A stretch of 64,000 bases of DNA, from contig OZ245015.1 in the NCBI GenBank assembly GCA_965223705.1, forward strand, positions 3,520,001 through 3,584,000. The letters run 5' to 3'. Positions 28,285 through 36,657 of the stretch are shown in pieces. The position numbers and the translations under genes are program-made. Every line of letters begins with the position of its first letter. The stretch's first letter is position 1. The notes below the pieces were generated by a model. That model was given only the letters and a program-made list of their open reading frames with translations, was not told the origin of the DNA and ran no database searches. The stretch comes from Myxococcota bacterium (GTDB lineage: Bacteria > Myxococcota_A > UBA9160 > UBA6930).

Positions 28285-29759
28285 GGACCGTCGAGCGCCC
28301 CGAGGTTTCACCGCGTCAGCACTTCATCGGGGGCACGTTTTGTTCCGCTCGCTCGGGGGCGACCTTCGACGCGGTAGATCCGGCGACGGAATCGGTCACC
28401 ACGACGGCGGCGCGCGGCGATGCCGCCGACATCGACGCCGCCGTCGGTGCCGCCCGAGCAGCCTTTGACGACGGCGCGTGGTCCCGGGCGAAGCCCGCGT
28501 TCCGGCGCGAGGTGATGTTCAAAGCGGCCGACCTGATGGAGGCGCGCTCCGACGAGATCATTCGACTCCAGGCGCTCGAGATGGGCGCCCCCCTCGGTCC
28601 CGAAACGAAAGGACCGCACCCGGTGATCGCGCGGTCGGCGTGGAACTTTCGCTTCTTCGCCGAGGAGCAGGAGCTCGCGGGCAACGAGTCGTTCAACCGC
28701 GATGACTCTCTCCTCACCTACACGATGCGGGATCCGGCCGGCGTGTTCGCGCTGATCACTCCGTGGAACGGTCCCTTCATGCTCTCGACCTGGAAAATGG
28801 CGCCCTGCCTCGCCTACGGGAATTCCGCCGTCCACAAACCGTCCGAACTCTCGCCGCTCTCCATCCAAGTGCTTTGCGAGATCTTTCTCGAAGCGGGTCT
28901 TCCCGAAGGCGTGTACAACATGGTGCAAGGCTACGGGGCCGAGGCCGGCGCGCCTCTCGTCGAGCACCCAGACGTTGCGGGCGTCTCCTTCACGGGATCG
29001 CCCGCGACGGCGCGCGACATCGCAGGGCGGGTGGCGACATCTCTCAAACGCACGTCCTTTGAGCTCGGCGGCAAGTCCGCGAACATCGTTTTCGCCGACA
29101 CCGATCTCAAAAGGGCCGTCCCGGCTGCCGCGATGTCGATCTTCATGAACTCGGGTCAGGCCTGCATCGCGGGCTCGCGCATCTTGGTGCAGCGACCGAT
29201 TCTCGACGAATTCCTCGCGGGCTTCGAGAAGGCCGCTGCGACGTGGAAGCCCGGGGATCCCTTCGACCGTTCGACGCGCTTGGGCCCGCTCGTCGCGAAA
29301 CGACAGCACGAGCGCATCCAGGGCTACCTCGATCTGGCCCGGGAAGAAGGGCGCATTCTGTTCGGCGGCGGGCGACCCGCGGGTCTCGACCGGGGCTACT
29401 TCGTCGAGCCGACCTGCATCGTCGACGCCGGGAACAGTGCGCGCATCTGCCAAGAGGAGATCTTCGGCCCGGTCGCCGTGGTGATGCCCTTCGATGACGC
29501 CGACGACGCGCTGCGGATCGCGAACGATTCGAGCTACGGGCTCGCGGGGTACATCTGGACGGACTCGCAATCGACGGGACACTACGTGAGTCAGCGCCTT
29601 CAGACCGCAATGATCTGGATCAACGCCGGCTTCGATCGCGATCTGCGCCAACCCTTCGGCGGACTCAAGGACAGCGGGCTGGGACGCGAGGGTGGTCAGT
29701 ACAGCCGCGAGTTCTACACCGACACACGCTTCACGTCGTTCCCCCTCGTTCCGCGCTGA
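28281..29759 (+). CDS. Aldehyde dehydrogenase (hydroxymuconic semialdehyde dehydrogenase-like)
   Basis: PWNGP, FTGS, ELGGKS, GQACIAGSR, EEIFGPV, AWNFRFFA. Confidence 0.9.
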   Translation: MRTVERPEVSPRQHFIGGTFCSARSGATFDAVDPATESVTTTAARGDAADIDAAVGAARAAFDDGAWSRAKPAFRREVMFKAADLMEARSDEIIRLQALEMGAPLGPETKGPHPVIARSAWNFRFFAEEQELAGNESFNRDDSLLTYTMRDPAGVFALITPWNGPFMLSTWKMAPCLAYGNSAVHKPSELSPLSIQVLCEIFLEAGLPEGVYNMVQGYGAEAGAPLVEHPDVAGVSFTGSPATARDIAGRVATSLKRTSFELGGKSANIVFADTDLKRAVPAAAMSIFMNSGQACIAGSRILVQRPILDEFLAGFEKAAATWKPGDPFDRSTRLGPLVAKRQHERIQGYLDLAREEGRILFGGGRPAGLDRGYFVEPTCIVDAGNSARICQEEIFGPVAVVMPFDDADDALRIANDSSYGLAGYIWTDSQSTGHYVSQRLQTAMIWINAGFDRDLRQPFGGLKDSGLGREGGQYSREFYTDTRFTSFPLVPR

Positions 29760-29782
29760 TCGAGCGGCCTCCCCTTTGCGCC

Positions 29783-30275
29783 CTAGTGGTCGACGTAGCG
29801 CCGCTCCTTCAGCAGGTGCTCTGCGAGGTTGAGCATCGCGCTAGCCCTTTTCGCGTCGGCCTCGTGATCCCGCGACGGCGGTGCGGGGCGAGTCTCGGAG
29901 TCACACACGACGAAAGTCTCCAACCGCTCGGGCAGCATTACCGTCAATCGGTCATCGACACGAGCAGCGTAGAGTTGCTTGCGGTAGATGAGCGGCGCGA
30001 GGTGTGGCACATCGTCGGAAGCGAGCACGCGAGCCCCAGCAAAACCGGACCCATCGTGAGGTACTGGGCGCCGATCGTCGCATGCAGTTCGCGGTCGAGG
30101 GCGTATTCGTCGCAAGGCCTTCCCGCAGATGGCTGTAGCCCAGGAGCGAAACGCGGGACACAAAGAGCGTAAACAGGAGAGCAGCCCAGAGGCGGAGAAA
30201 TGGGATCAGCCGCCCGCTGGCGCTCCGCAAGGTGGCCGAGAGCCACGGAAGAAATCCGCGAACCAGACTCTTCAT
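29783..30275 (-). pseudogene. Fragmented remnant of a probable LTA-synthase/sulfatase family membrane protein
   Basis: ATG with GAGG RBS after the TPR gene; N-terminal TM GRLIPFLRLWAALLFTLFVSRVSLL; pieces CDEYALDR and GFAGARVL...HLLKERRY in other frames. Confidence 0.45.
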
Positions 30276-30288
30276 GCGGCCTCGGGAG

Positions 30289-30948
30289 TCAGCCCTTGCG
30301 CTCGATCCGAGCCAGTTTGTCTCGAGCTTCGGCGCGTCGTCCGGCGTCGGCCAGCGGACGTTGGGGACGGTCGGACGCTTTCAGGGCACGCTCGAGATGG
30401 CGTCGAGCGAGATCGTATCGCTCCTGCTCGAGCCAGTAGTCGCCGAGGAAGAAGTTGGCATCGATGCCGTCTGGAGAAAGCGCTACCGCCTTCTCGAGAT
30501 ACTCGAGCGCCAGCTGTTTGTCTCCGAAGCCGAGGGGGTAACCGGGCACCATGTAGTAGAGGGATCCCAAGGTCGTGTAGACCGAGCCATCGAGCGCTGT
30601 CGGGTCGATCGCTTCGGCCTCGAGCAGCAGGTCCCTCGCTCGGGTCACCTCGGGCAGCGCCGAAAAGAGTGACTGAATCCTTCCCATCGACCCGGCGTAG
30701 CTCGCCCGAGCGATCGCCTCCCAGATTTTCGCCTCAGCGCGATCCGGGTGACTTGCGCGGAGGGTCGAGACCTCCTGTACGAGCGCTTCGAAACGGTCGG
30801 CCTGCTTCGTTTTCGGCGTTTCGTATTTGATGGAGGCCCAGTCGCGCATGATGGACTGAAGGGACGAGTCGAAGTCTTTGGAAGCGGACGCATAGTCCGC
30901 CGCCCCCAGCACGAGGCATGTGGTCAGGCAAACGGTTATCCGAAGCAT
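30289..30948 (-). CDS. Secreted tetratricopeptide-repeat protein
   Basis: Signal peptide; WASIKY, ALDGSVYTTLGSLYYMVPGYPLGFGD, PDGIDANFF; AGGAG RBS. Confidence 0.85.
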   Translation of the reverse strand: MLRITVCLTTCLVLGAADYASASKDFDSSLQSIMRDWASIKYETPKTKQADRFEALVQEVSTLRASHPDRAEAKIWEAIARASYAGSMGRIQSLFSALPEVTRARDLLLEAEAIDPTALDGSVYTTLGSLYYMVPGYPLGFGDKQLALEYLEKAVALSPDGIDANFFLGDYWLEQERYDLARRHLERALKASDRPQRPLADAGRRAEARDKLARIERKG

Positions 30949-30956
30949 TGTGACTC

Positions 30957-31361
30957 CTAGAGTTGAAAGAGAGACGGTCTGAACCAGACGCTCGAAAGGG
31001 TCACCCCGCACAGTACGAGCAGCGGCGACAGGCTCGTCGTCCAGGGATCGTGGAGGAGATGTGTTCCCACCGCGCCGATCAGCACGACGGCGAGGAGCAA
31101 CGCTCCCAGAAAGCAAGTCGACGGAGCGACGAGGAGTATCGCACCGACGATTTGCGCCAGCGCAGTCGCGATACGAAACCAGTCGGGGTAACCCCAGCGC
31201 CGGAAGTCCGCGACCAGTTCCGGGTTGCCCGATAGGTTCTGGTAGGCCAGGTAGACGAAGAACAGCGTCAGCAGCAATCGACCCGCTGTCGTGGCGAGCA
31301 CGAGCGATGACGTCAGCCCTTCTCCGTTCCAAAGGAGCGCGCGCACACTTTCCATGCTCAC
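30957..31361 (-). CDS. DoxX-like membrane protein
   Basis: Four hydrophobic segments; FRRWGYPDWFR, GAVGTHL. Confidence 0.75.
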   Translation of the reverse strand: MSMESVRALLWNGEGLTSSLVLATTAGRLLLTLFFVYLAYQNLSGNPELVADFRRWGYPDWFRIATALAQIVGAILLVAPSTCFLGALLLAVVLIGAVGTHLLHDPWTTSLSPLLVLCGVTLSSVWFRPSLFQL

Positions 31362-32173
31362 TCCGCCTCGAGCCCAAAGCGCTCGACGATGGCCGACCTC
31401 GCGAAGGGCCGGGTCTCGTCGTTCTGGCGGCGGAGTGCCCTGTCGACCCAGCGCGGGAGAAGTGCGTTGACTCGGACGAAGAAGCTCTCGGGAAAGCCGA
31501 CGTAGGTCTCGGGCCTCCGGGAGTCCATCGCGGTGACGATGGCCTGCGCCACTTTCGACGGGTCGTCCATCCGCATCCCGACGTGCTCCGCCATGCGACC
31601 GAATTGCGTGGCGAGCTTCGTACGCGTCGCCCGCGGCGCCACGTAGCAGACACTGATCCCGCTGCCGTGAAGCTCGCGGCGCAACGCTTCCGAGAACCCG
31701 CGCATCGCGAACTTCGTGGCCGAGTAGGTCGTGAAGTAGGCAAAGCCAATCGAGCCGAAGATCGATCCGACGTTCACGATCGTTCCGCTCCTCCGATGCC
31801 GCATTCCCGAGAGGACGGCGCGGCTGAGGACGATCGGAGCGAGGACGTTGACCCGGAATTCAGTCTCGACCGCTTCTTCGGGAAGAGCTTCCAGTGGGCT
31901 GAAGTTCAACGTGCCGGCATTGTTGATGAGGATGTCCGGAGGATCGTCGGTGAGCGCTTCGCACAGTCGGTCGCGAGCGGCAGCGTCTGCGAGATCGCAC
32001 GCGATCGGATCCACCGGACGCCCGAGACTTGTGGCGAGCTGGTCGAGACCCGCCGCGTCGCGGTCGACGAGCGTAAGCCCCACGGGCCGGGCGGCCAAAA
32101 GCGATGCCGTTTCGCGGCCGATACCGCTCGCAGCGCCGGTGAGCAGGATTCGCGGTGTGTTCAATTCGCCCAT
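31358..32173 (-). CDS. Short-chain dehydrogenase/reductase
   Basis: TGAASGIG, NNAG, GSIFGSIG, YSATK, YVAPRATRT. Confidence 0.92.
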   Translation of the reverse strand: MGELNTPRILLTGAASGIGRETASLLAARPVGLTLVDRDAAGLDQLATSLGRPVDPIACDLADAAARDRLCEALTDDPPDILINNAGTLNFSPLEALPEEAVETEFRVNVLAPIVLSRAVLSGMRHRRSGTIVNVGSIFGSIGFAYFTTYSATKFAMRGFSEALRRELHGSGISVCYVAPRATRTKLATQFGRMAEHVGMRMDDPSKVAQAIVTAMDSRRPETYVGFPESFFVRVNALLPRWVDRALRRQNDETRPFARSAIVERFGLEAE

Positions 32174-32841
32174 TCGGTGTTGTCCTCTTCGTTGGGATCC
32201 GGAAGGTCGAGGAAGACCTGGCGGTAGAGGCGCGCGAAGCGGCGCGCGCAGTGAAGAATCCACAGCTGATCTCGCTCGTCGCGAACCCGGTCCATCAGCG
32301 TTTCGAAGAACGCCACGTGGTCCTGGTCGAGCCCGCCGTGGCTCCGGAGATAGCGGGTCGCTTTTTCGGGGAGACCGAGTACTTCGCCGGCGCGGTCGGC
32401 CGCGTGGTCGGCGCCCGCGACGCTGGCACTTTCGAGCACATGCACCATGCCGAAGAAACCGATGGGGTTCCGACGCGTCACCACGTCGTAGGCGTAGGCG
32501 ACCATCACCTCGACGGAGAACGGTGCGGTGCCTGCGCGAACCCGTTCGGGATCGCCGCCGCTTGCTGCGATGTCGGAAAGAATCCACTCATCGTGCCCGA
32601 TCTCTTCGTCGATGTAGGTCGCAAGAGGTTCGAGAAGCCACGCGTGTCGATCGGCGAGTGCCGCTCCCGTCGCCATCAACAGCGGTACGGTGTGACGGAC
32701 GTGGTGATAAGCGCTCTCGAGGAAAGCGAGGTAGCCCTCCCGGGTGAGCTCACCGGCCAGGGCTTGGCGCACGAACGGAACCTGGAAGAGGCGTTCGTGG
32801 TCCGCTTTGGTTTCGCTTACGAGCTGACGGTAAAAGCCCAT
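32161..32841 (-). CDS. Heme-oxygenase-like iron-containing redox enzyme (TenA/HDO fold)
   Basis: YHHVRHTVPLL, YIDEEIGHDEWIL, FGMVHVLE, SHGGLDQDH. Confidence 0.88.
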   Translation of the reverse strand: MGFYRQLVSETKADHERLFQVPFVRQALAGELTREGYLAFLESAYHHVRHTVPLLMATGAALADRHAWLLEPLATYIDEEIGHDEWILSDIAASGGDPERVRAGTAPFSVEVMVAYAYDVVTRRNPIGFFGMVHVLESASVAGADHAADRAGEVLGLPEKATRYLRSHGGLDQDHVAFFETLMDRVRDERDQLWILHCARRFARLYRQVFLDLPDPNEEDNTEWAN

Positions 32842-34313
32842 GTCTCTCTCTCCGGGTTTTGCAAAAGTTGGGTGAAGTGAGCCGCCAGGCCTTTCGACGC
32901 GCTCAGGCGGTCGACGACCCCCGTCGCGGAATCTCCGAGGTCGTCGAGCAGCGACGCGTTCCGCGAAACGATGCAGCCCTCGATTTGCGCGTAGTCCGGG
33001 AGCTTTTGGTTGGTTCGCTCCACGAAGGCTCCAATGCCCTCTTGCAGACCGGGCATCACCAGTACGGCCGAGGGACGTCGGGCTCCGTCGCCGTAGACGA
33101 GCGCACGAGCCACCGCGGGGTGCGCCGACAGCTCGCCCTCGATCCATTCGGGACTGACGTTTCTGCCGAGAGATGTGATCAGGACGTTTCGCAGGCGGCC
33201 CGTCACGCTGAGGAAGCCGTCCGCGTCAAGCTCTCCGAGATCGCCGGTGCGAAACTCGTCGGCGGCGGACATCTCGAGTCCCTCGTGTGTGAGGTAGCCT
33301 AAGTGGTGCGGCCCTGTGACGACGATCTCCGAGTCGTCTGCGATGCGCGCAGAAAGATGGGGAAGCACGCGACCGCAGCTACCGGCGCGAGCGTTCCCCG
33401 GCGTATTGAGAGCCACCACCGAGCCGAGTTCGGACAGGCCATAGCCCTCGAAGGCGGGTATGCGAGCTTCTTCGGCTTCCCGCAACAACGCAGCGCCTAC
33501 GTGCGCTCCGCCGACTCCGACGAAGCGGAGTGTGTCGACGGGCTCGGTCGCTTTCGCGACAAGCGCCTTCAGGATCTCGGGTACGACGATGGCGGAGCTC
33601 GCTCGATGCTGGCGCAGGCTCGCCCAACAATGCGTGGGATCGAACTCGACCGCCCCGCGCACTCCGACTTCCGCGAGTTGCGGAACCACGACCTGACTCC
33701 CGGCGTAGAGCGCGCGCCAAACACCGGCGATGTTCTCCAGGAGAATCGAGAGTGGCAGACAGCAGACGTGGGAGTCGCTTGTCAGACTCTGCGTCGCTGC
33801 GGCAAGGCCGCTTGCGACCACCTCGAGATGGGCGTTTGAAAGGCATACACCCTTCGGCGTACCCGTAGTGCCGGACGTGAAGGTGATCTTTCCGGTTCGA
33901 CCGAGTTCCCGACAGGGCGCACCCGGCGCGCGCAACAGTCGGTGGGAGGGTCCGAGTTCGCCATCCGTCGAGAAGCCTCTCTCGAGCCATCCCTCTGCCT
34001 GGTCTGTCGCGATCGCGTCGATTCCGGCGAGCACCACCACGTGCCCGAGCTGGGCCTCGGTAAAGAAGGTCGGAAGGGGCACCACCGGGATCCCGGAGAC
34101 CGCCGCCGCCAGGTCGAGCAAGACCCAATCGATGCTGTTGTCGGCGTGGAGACCCAGCACCCGACAGCCGCTGCGGTCGAGGCGCTGCGAGAGCTTACGC
34201 AGTTGATCGGCTAGCCCCGCATAAAGGACGGTCCGCCCGCGCCCGCTGTCGAGAGCGACCGCCCGGGGATTCCGTGCGCCGTGCGCTTGAATGGCGGCGA
34301 CGAGTTTCCTCAT
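32817..34313 (-). CDS. AMP-binding adenylate-forming enzyme
   Basis: FTSGTTGTPKG, EGYGLSE, TGDLG, GR..N.LITSLGRN. Confidence 0.9.
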   Translation of the reverse strand: MRKLVAAIQAHGARNPRAVALDSGRGRTVLYAGLADQLRKLSQRLDRSGCRVLGLHADNSIDWVLLDLAAAVSGIPVVPLPTFFTEAQLGHVVVLAGIDAIATDQAEGWLERGFSTDGELGPSHRLLRAPGAPCRELGRTGKITFTSGTTGTPKGVCLSNAHLEVVASGLAAATQSLTSDSHVCCLPLSILLENIAGVWRALYAGSQVVVPQLAEVGVRGAVEFDPTHCWASLRQHRASSAIVVPEILKALVAKATEPVDTLRFVGVGGAHVGAALLREAEEARIPAFEGYGLSELGSVVALNTPGNARAGSCGRVLPHLSARIADDSEIVVTGPHHLGYLTHEGLEMSAADEFRTGDLGELDADGFLSVTGRLRNVLITSLGRNVSPEWIEGELSAHPAVARALVYGDGARRPSAVLVMPGLQEGIGAFVERTNQKLPDYAQIEGCIVSRNASLLDDLGDSATGVVDRLSASKGLAAHFTQLLQNPERETWAFTVSS

Positions 34314-34981
34314 CGCGCTTCCAAGACCCGAGTTTCGGCGCGAGGGCCGCAGCGGCGGGGCGCCCCGACTTCGCGAAGCGCGCCCTGGGCTTGGCCGAGG
34401 CTCACTGCGATCACTCTGGGGTCGCTCTGGTAGTAACGACCCCACCTCGCCGCTTCGTCGGAAGTGAGACAATCGGGGGTGGCGACCGCGAGCTCCGATC
34501 CCAGCAGTCCGAGACACGCCAGGTGGTGACGCACGACTCGAGTAGCGGTGAAGATTCCCCAGCGAACCCCTCGCGCTTCGAGCCACGGGACGCAGAGCAG
34601 CGCGATCCAACGCGCCGCGCGGGAGTTCGTCGCCGCCAGCGCGCCGACCTCGGCGACGTGCGTGCGACAGACCGGGCCCGCGCAGAGTCTGGCGAGCTCC
34701 GACTCCACCGCCCCGGACAGATACTTTTCTGCCAAGAGAGGGCCGTCGGCGGCGAACGAAACTCCCGCCGTCGCGAGAGGCTTTTCCTCTGCGTCGACGA
34801 GCGCGATCAAATTTCGAGGGACGCGGTAGTCGGCCACCCCGTGTGTCGCTTGGAAGCGCTCGCGAACGAAGGAAGAGCAGGCCCCCCGCAAAGGATCGCC
34901 GGGGGGGACCCAGCGGACTCGAGGTAGCGTGCGCGCAACGTGTTCGCCCTCGTGAGCCAGGGCCAGGCCTCGTTTCAGCAT
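34310..34981 (-). CDS. 'Thermostable hemolysin' family protein
   Basis: LAEKYLSGAVE, EVGALAA, WGIFTAT, WGRYY...PRV; alternative start at 35038. Confidence 0.82.
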   Translation of the reverse strand: MLKRGLALAHEGEHVARTLPRVRWVPPGDPLRGACSSFVRERFQATHGVADYRVPRNLIALVDAEEKPLATAGVSFAADGPLLAEKYLSGAVESELARLCAGPVCRTHVAEVGALAATNSRAARWIALLCVPWLEARGVRWGIFTATRVVRHHLACLGLLGSELAVATPDCLTSDEAARWGRYYQSDPRVIAVSLGQAQGALREVGAPRRCGPRAETRVLEAR

Positions 34982-35087
34982 GCCCAGATCTTCGTACACG
35001 CGAATGAGGCGGGGCTTAAGCCCGTATGAACGCGACATGAAGTCCGGAAAGCCGCTCGGGAAAGGGCGCTTGCCTCGATTCTTGCCT

Positions 35088-35561
35088 TCAGTCTGCTGTC
35101 AGTCGAAGCGTCCGACCGCCCTCGGTGACCTTGAGGACCAGGAGATCGGCTGGTGGAGGTTCCGTCTCGGGATCGATCCATGCGTAGCCGAGCGGGGTGC
35201 CCCGGCCCCGCAACCGCACGTAGAGCGCCTCGACATCCTCGACTTCCTCCGGCGGTAGAGCCCCGCCTTGGAGTGCCTGCTCGATCCAGTGAGCGGAAAG
35301 ACGCCTCTCGCTCATCTTCAACACGCGTCGCCGAAAACGATCGTGACTCTCACTCCCGGGAGGAAAGTCGATGCACTGGACACTTCCGGCGCCGATCGAT
35401 GCGCGTTTTCCGAGGAAGAGTCTGCGGAGCGTCGATAGCTCGATCGAGGTGCCGTGAGTCCAGCTCGCCGGGGCGAGGACGATCAGCTCTCGCGCGGCCG
35501 AAGCGGCTTCCGCGGCGGCGAGCGAGAGGGTCAATAGTGCGGCGGCGAGGCGCGAACTCAA
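35088..35561 (-). CDS. Small secreted protein, PstS-like binding-protein family
   Basis: Signal peptide; LRRLFLGK, FRRRVLKMS, HW...LQGG..PPEEV, LGY. Confidence 0.7.
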   Translation of the reverse strand: MSSRLAAALLTLSLAAAEAASAARELIVLAPASWTHGTSIELSTLRRLFLGKRASIGAGSVQCIDFPPGSESHDRFRRRVLKMSERRLSAHWIEQALQGGALPPEEVEDVEALYVRLRGRGTPLGYAWIDPETEPPPADLLVLKVTEGGRTLRLTAD

Positions 35562-35577
35562 GAATCGCCCAACCGGC

Positions 35578-36657
35578 TTAGAAGAAGAGTCCGAACCACA
35601 GCGAGAAGCTCGAAAAGTCAGACTCCAAGCTGTGGCGGAGATCGTGCCGCGCGAACTCCGCCTTGAGACGGGTCCGCGCCGTGGGCCAGTACGCGACCGT
35701 CACGCGATGCACCCACTGCTCAGCAGCCGGACCGAGCTCTTCGTCATCGGCGCGCTCCAAGCGGTAATTCAGGTAGAGGTCCTCGAGGACATTCCAGCGG
35801 ATCTTGCCGTATCCCGCGTGTCGGTAGCGATCGCCGAGTGACGAACGCTGGGTCATGAACTCCCCGCGAAGGGTGAACCGGTAAGGAAGCGCGAGCTCTC
35901 CGTAGACGATCGCCGAGATCTCGCGTCGTCCGAGGCGCTCTTGGTTCTTCTGGGTATAGACCGAGAAACCCAGGAACCCGAGCTGATCGATCTCCGCGCG
36001 GAGGTCCCCTCCCCCGGTGAGACCTTCCGCCTTTTCCGCATCAAAAGCTTCCGAGCCATACCCGGCGAATACCGAGTAGCTGGTCTCGATCTCGAGGCCG
36101 CGGGTGCGGAAGAGCCTTCCGCCGTGGATTTGTGCACCCAGCTGCTGCTCGGGTACATAGCGTCGCTCCTCGAACAACGGCGGCGCCACCGTATCCGTAG
36201 CGATCGTCCAATGAACGGGCGTCCAATAACCGAAGGGAGTCGAAAACGACCCGAGCCGAACATGCATGCCGTCCCCGCGTCCATAATCGAGATACAGCTG
36301 TTCAATCTCGAGCTCGCTCTCGCGCTCGCGGGTAGCGACCTCGGGCTGGTACTCGACCTCGCTCTCGAGGAAGAGCTGCCAGTGCGAAGCAAAGCGTAGA
36401 TCGAGGAAGCCGTTCATGTGGTTGAGCGACACATGGCTCGCGTCTCCGCTTCGGGAGCTGTCCTGAAACGAGGCGTCGAGCCATCCGCCGACGTGCAGCC
36501 GGTCGATATCGAGACCCGCGAATCGGACGTCCTCCGCGAGGAGCATCCCAAAGGGCGGGCGATCCGCGGCGCGAGCTGGCGAGCCGCCGCCGAGGAGCAA
36601 CCCTATCAGCGCGAGCCAGGCTAAGGTTCGCGGCGGATCGCGATAGATACGACACAT
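35578..36657 (-). CDS. Outer-membrane beta-barrel/porin
   Basis: Signal peptide; EIEQLYLDY, RLGSFSTPFGYW; C-terminal SLWFGLFF beta-signal; start uncertain. Confidence 0.75.
   Translation of the reverse strand: MCRIYRDPPRTLAWLALIGLLLGGGSPARAADRPPFGMLLAEDVRFAGLDIDRLHVGGWLDASFQDSSRSGDASHVSLNHMNGFLDLRFASHWQLFLESEVEYQPEVATRERESELEIEQLYLDYGRGDGMHVRLGSFSTPFGYWTPVHWTIATDTVAPPLFEERRYVPEQQLGAQIHGGRLFRTRGLEIETSYSVFAGYGSEAFDAEKAEGLTGGGDLRAEIDQLGFLGFSVYTQKNQERLGRREISAIVYGELALPYRFTLRGEFMTQRSSLGDRYRHAGYGKIRWNVLEDLYLNYRLERADDEELGPAAEQWVHRVTVAYWPTARTRLKAEFARHDLRHSLESDFSSFSLWFGLFF

Noticed and set aside
30289..33147. Long N-terminal extensions in track ORFs 30289..31749, 31358..32587 and 32161..33147
   Set aside because: They overlap upstream real genes in other frames; internal starts with RBS or coupling fit better
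34310..34981. A real haemolytic toxin
   Set aside because: No signal peptide or secretion genes; coupled to biosynthetic enzymes; the name is a family label
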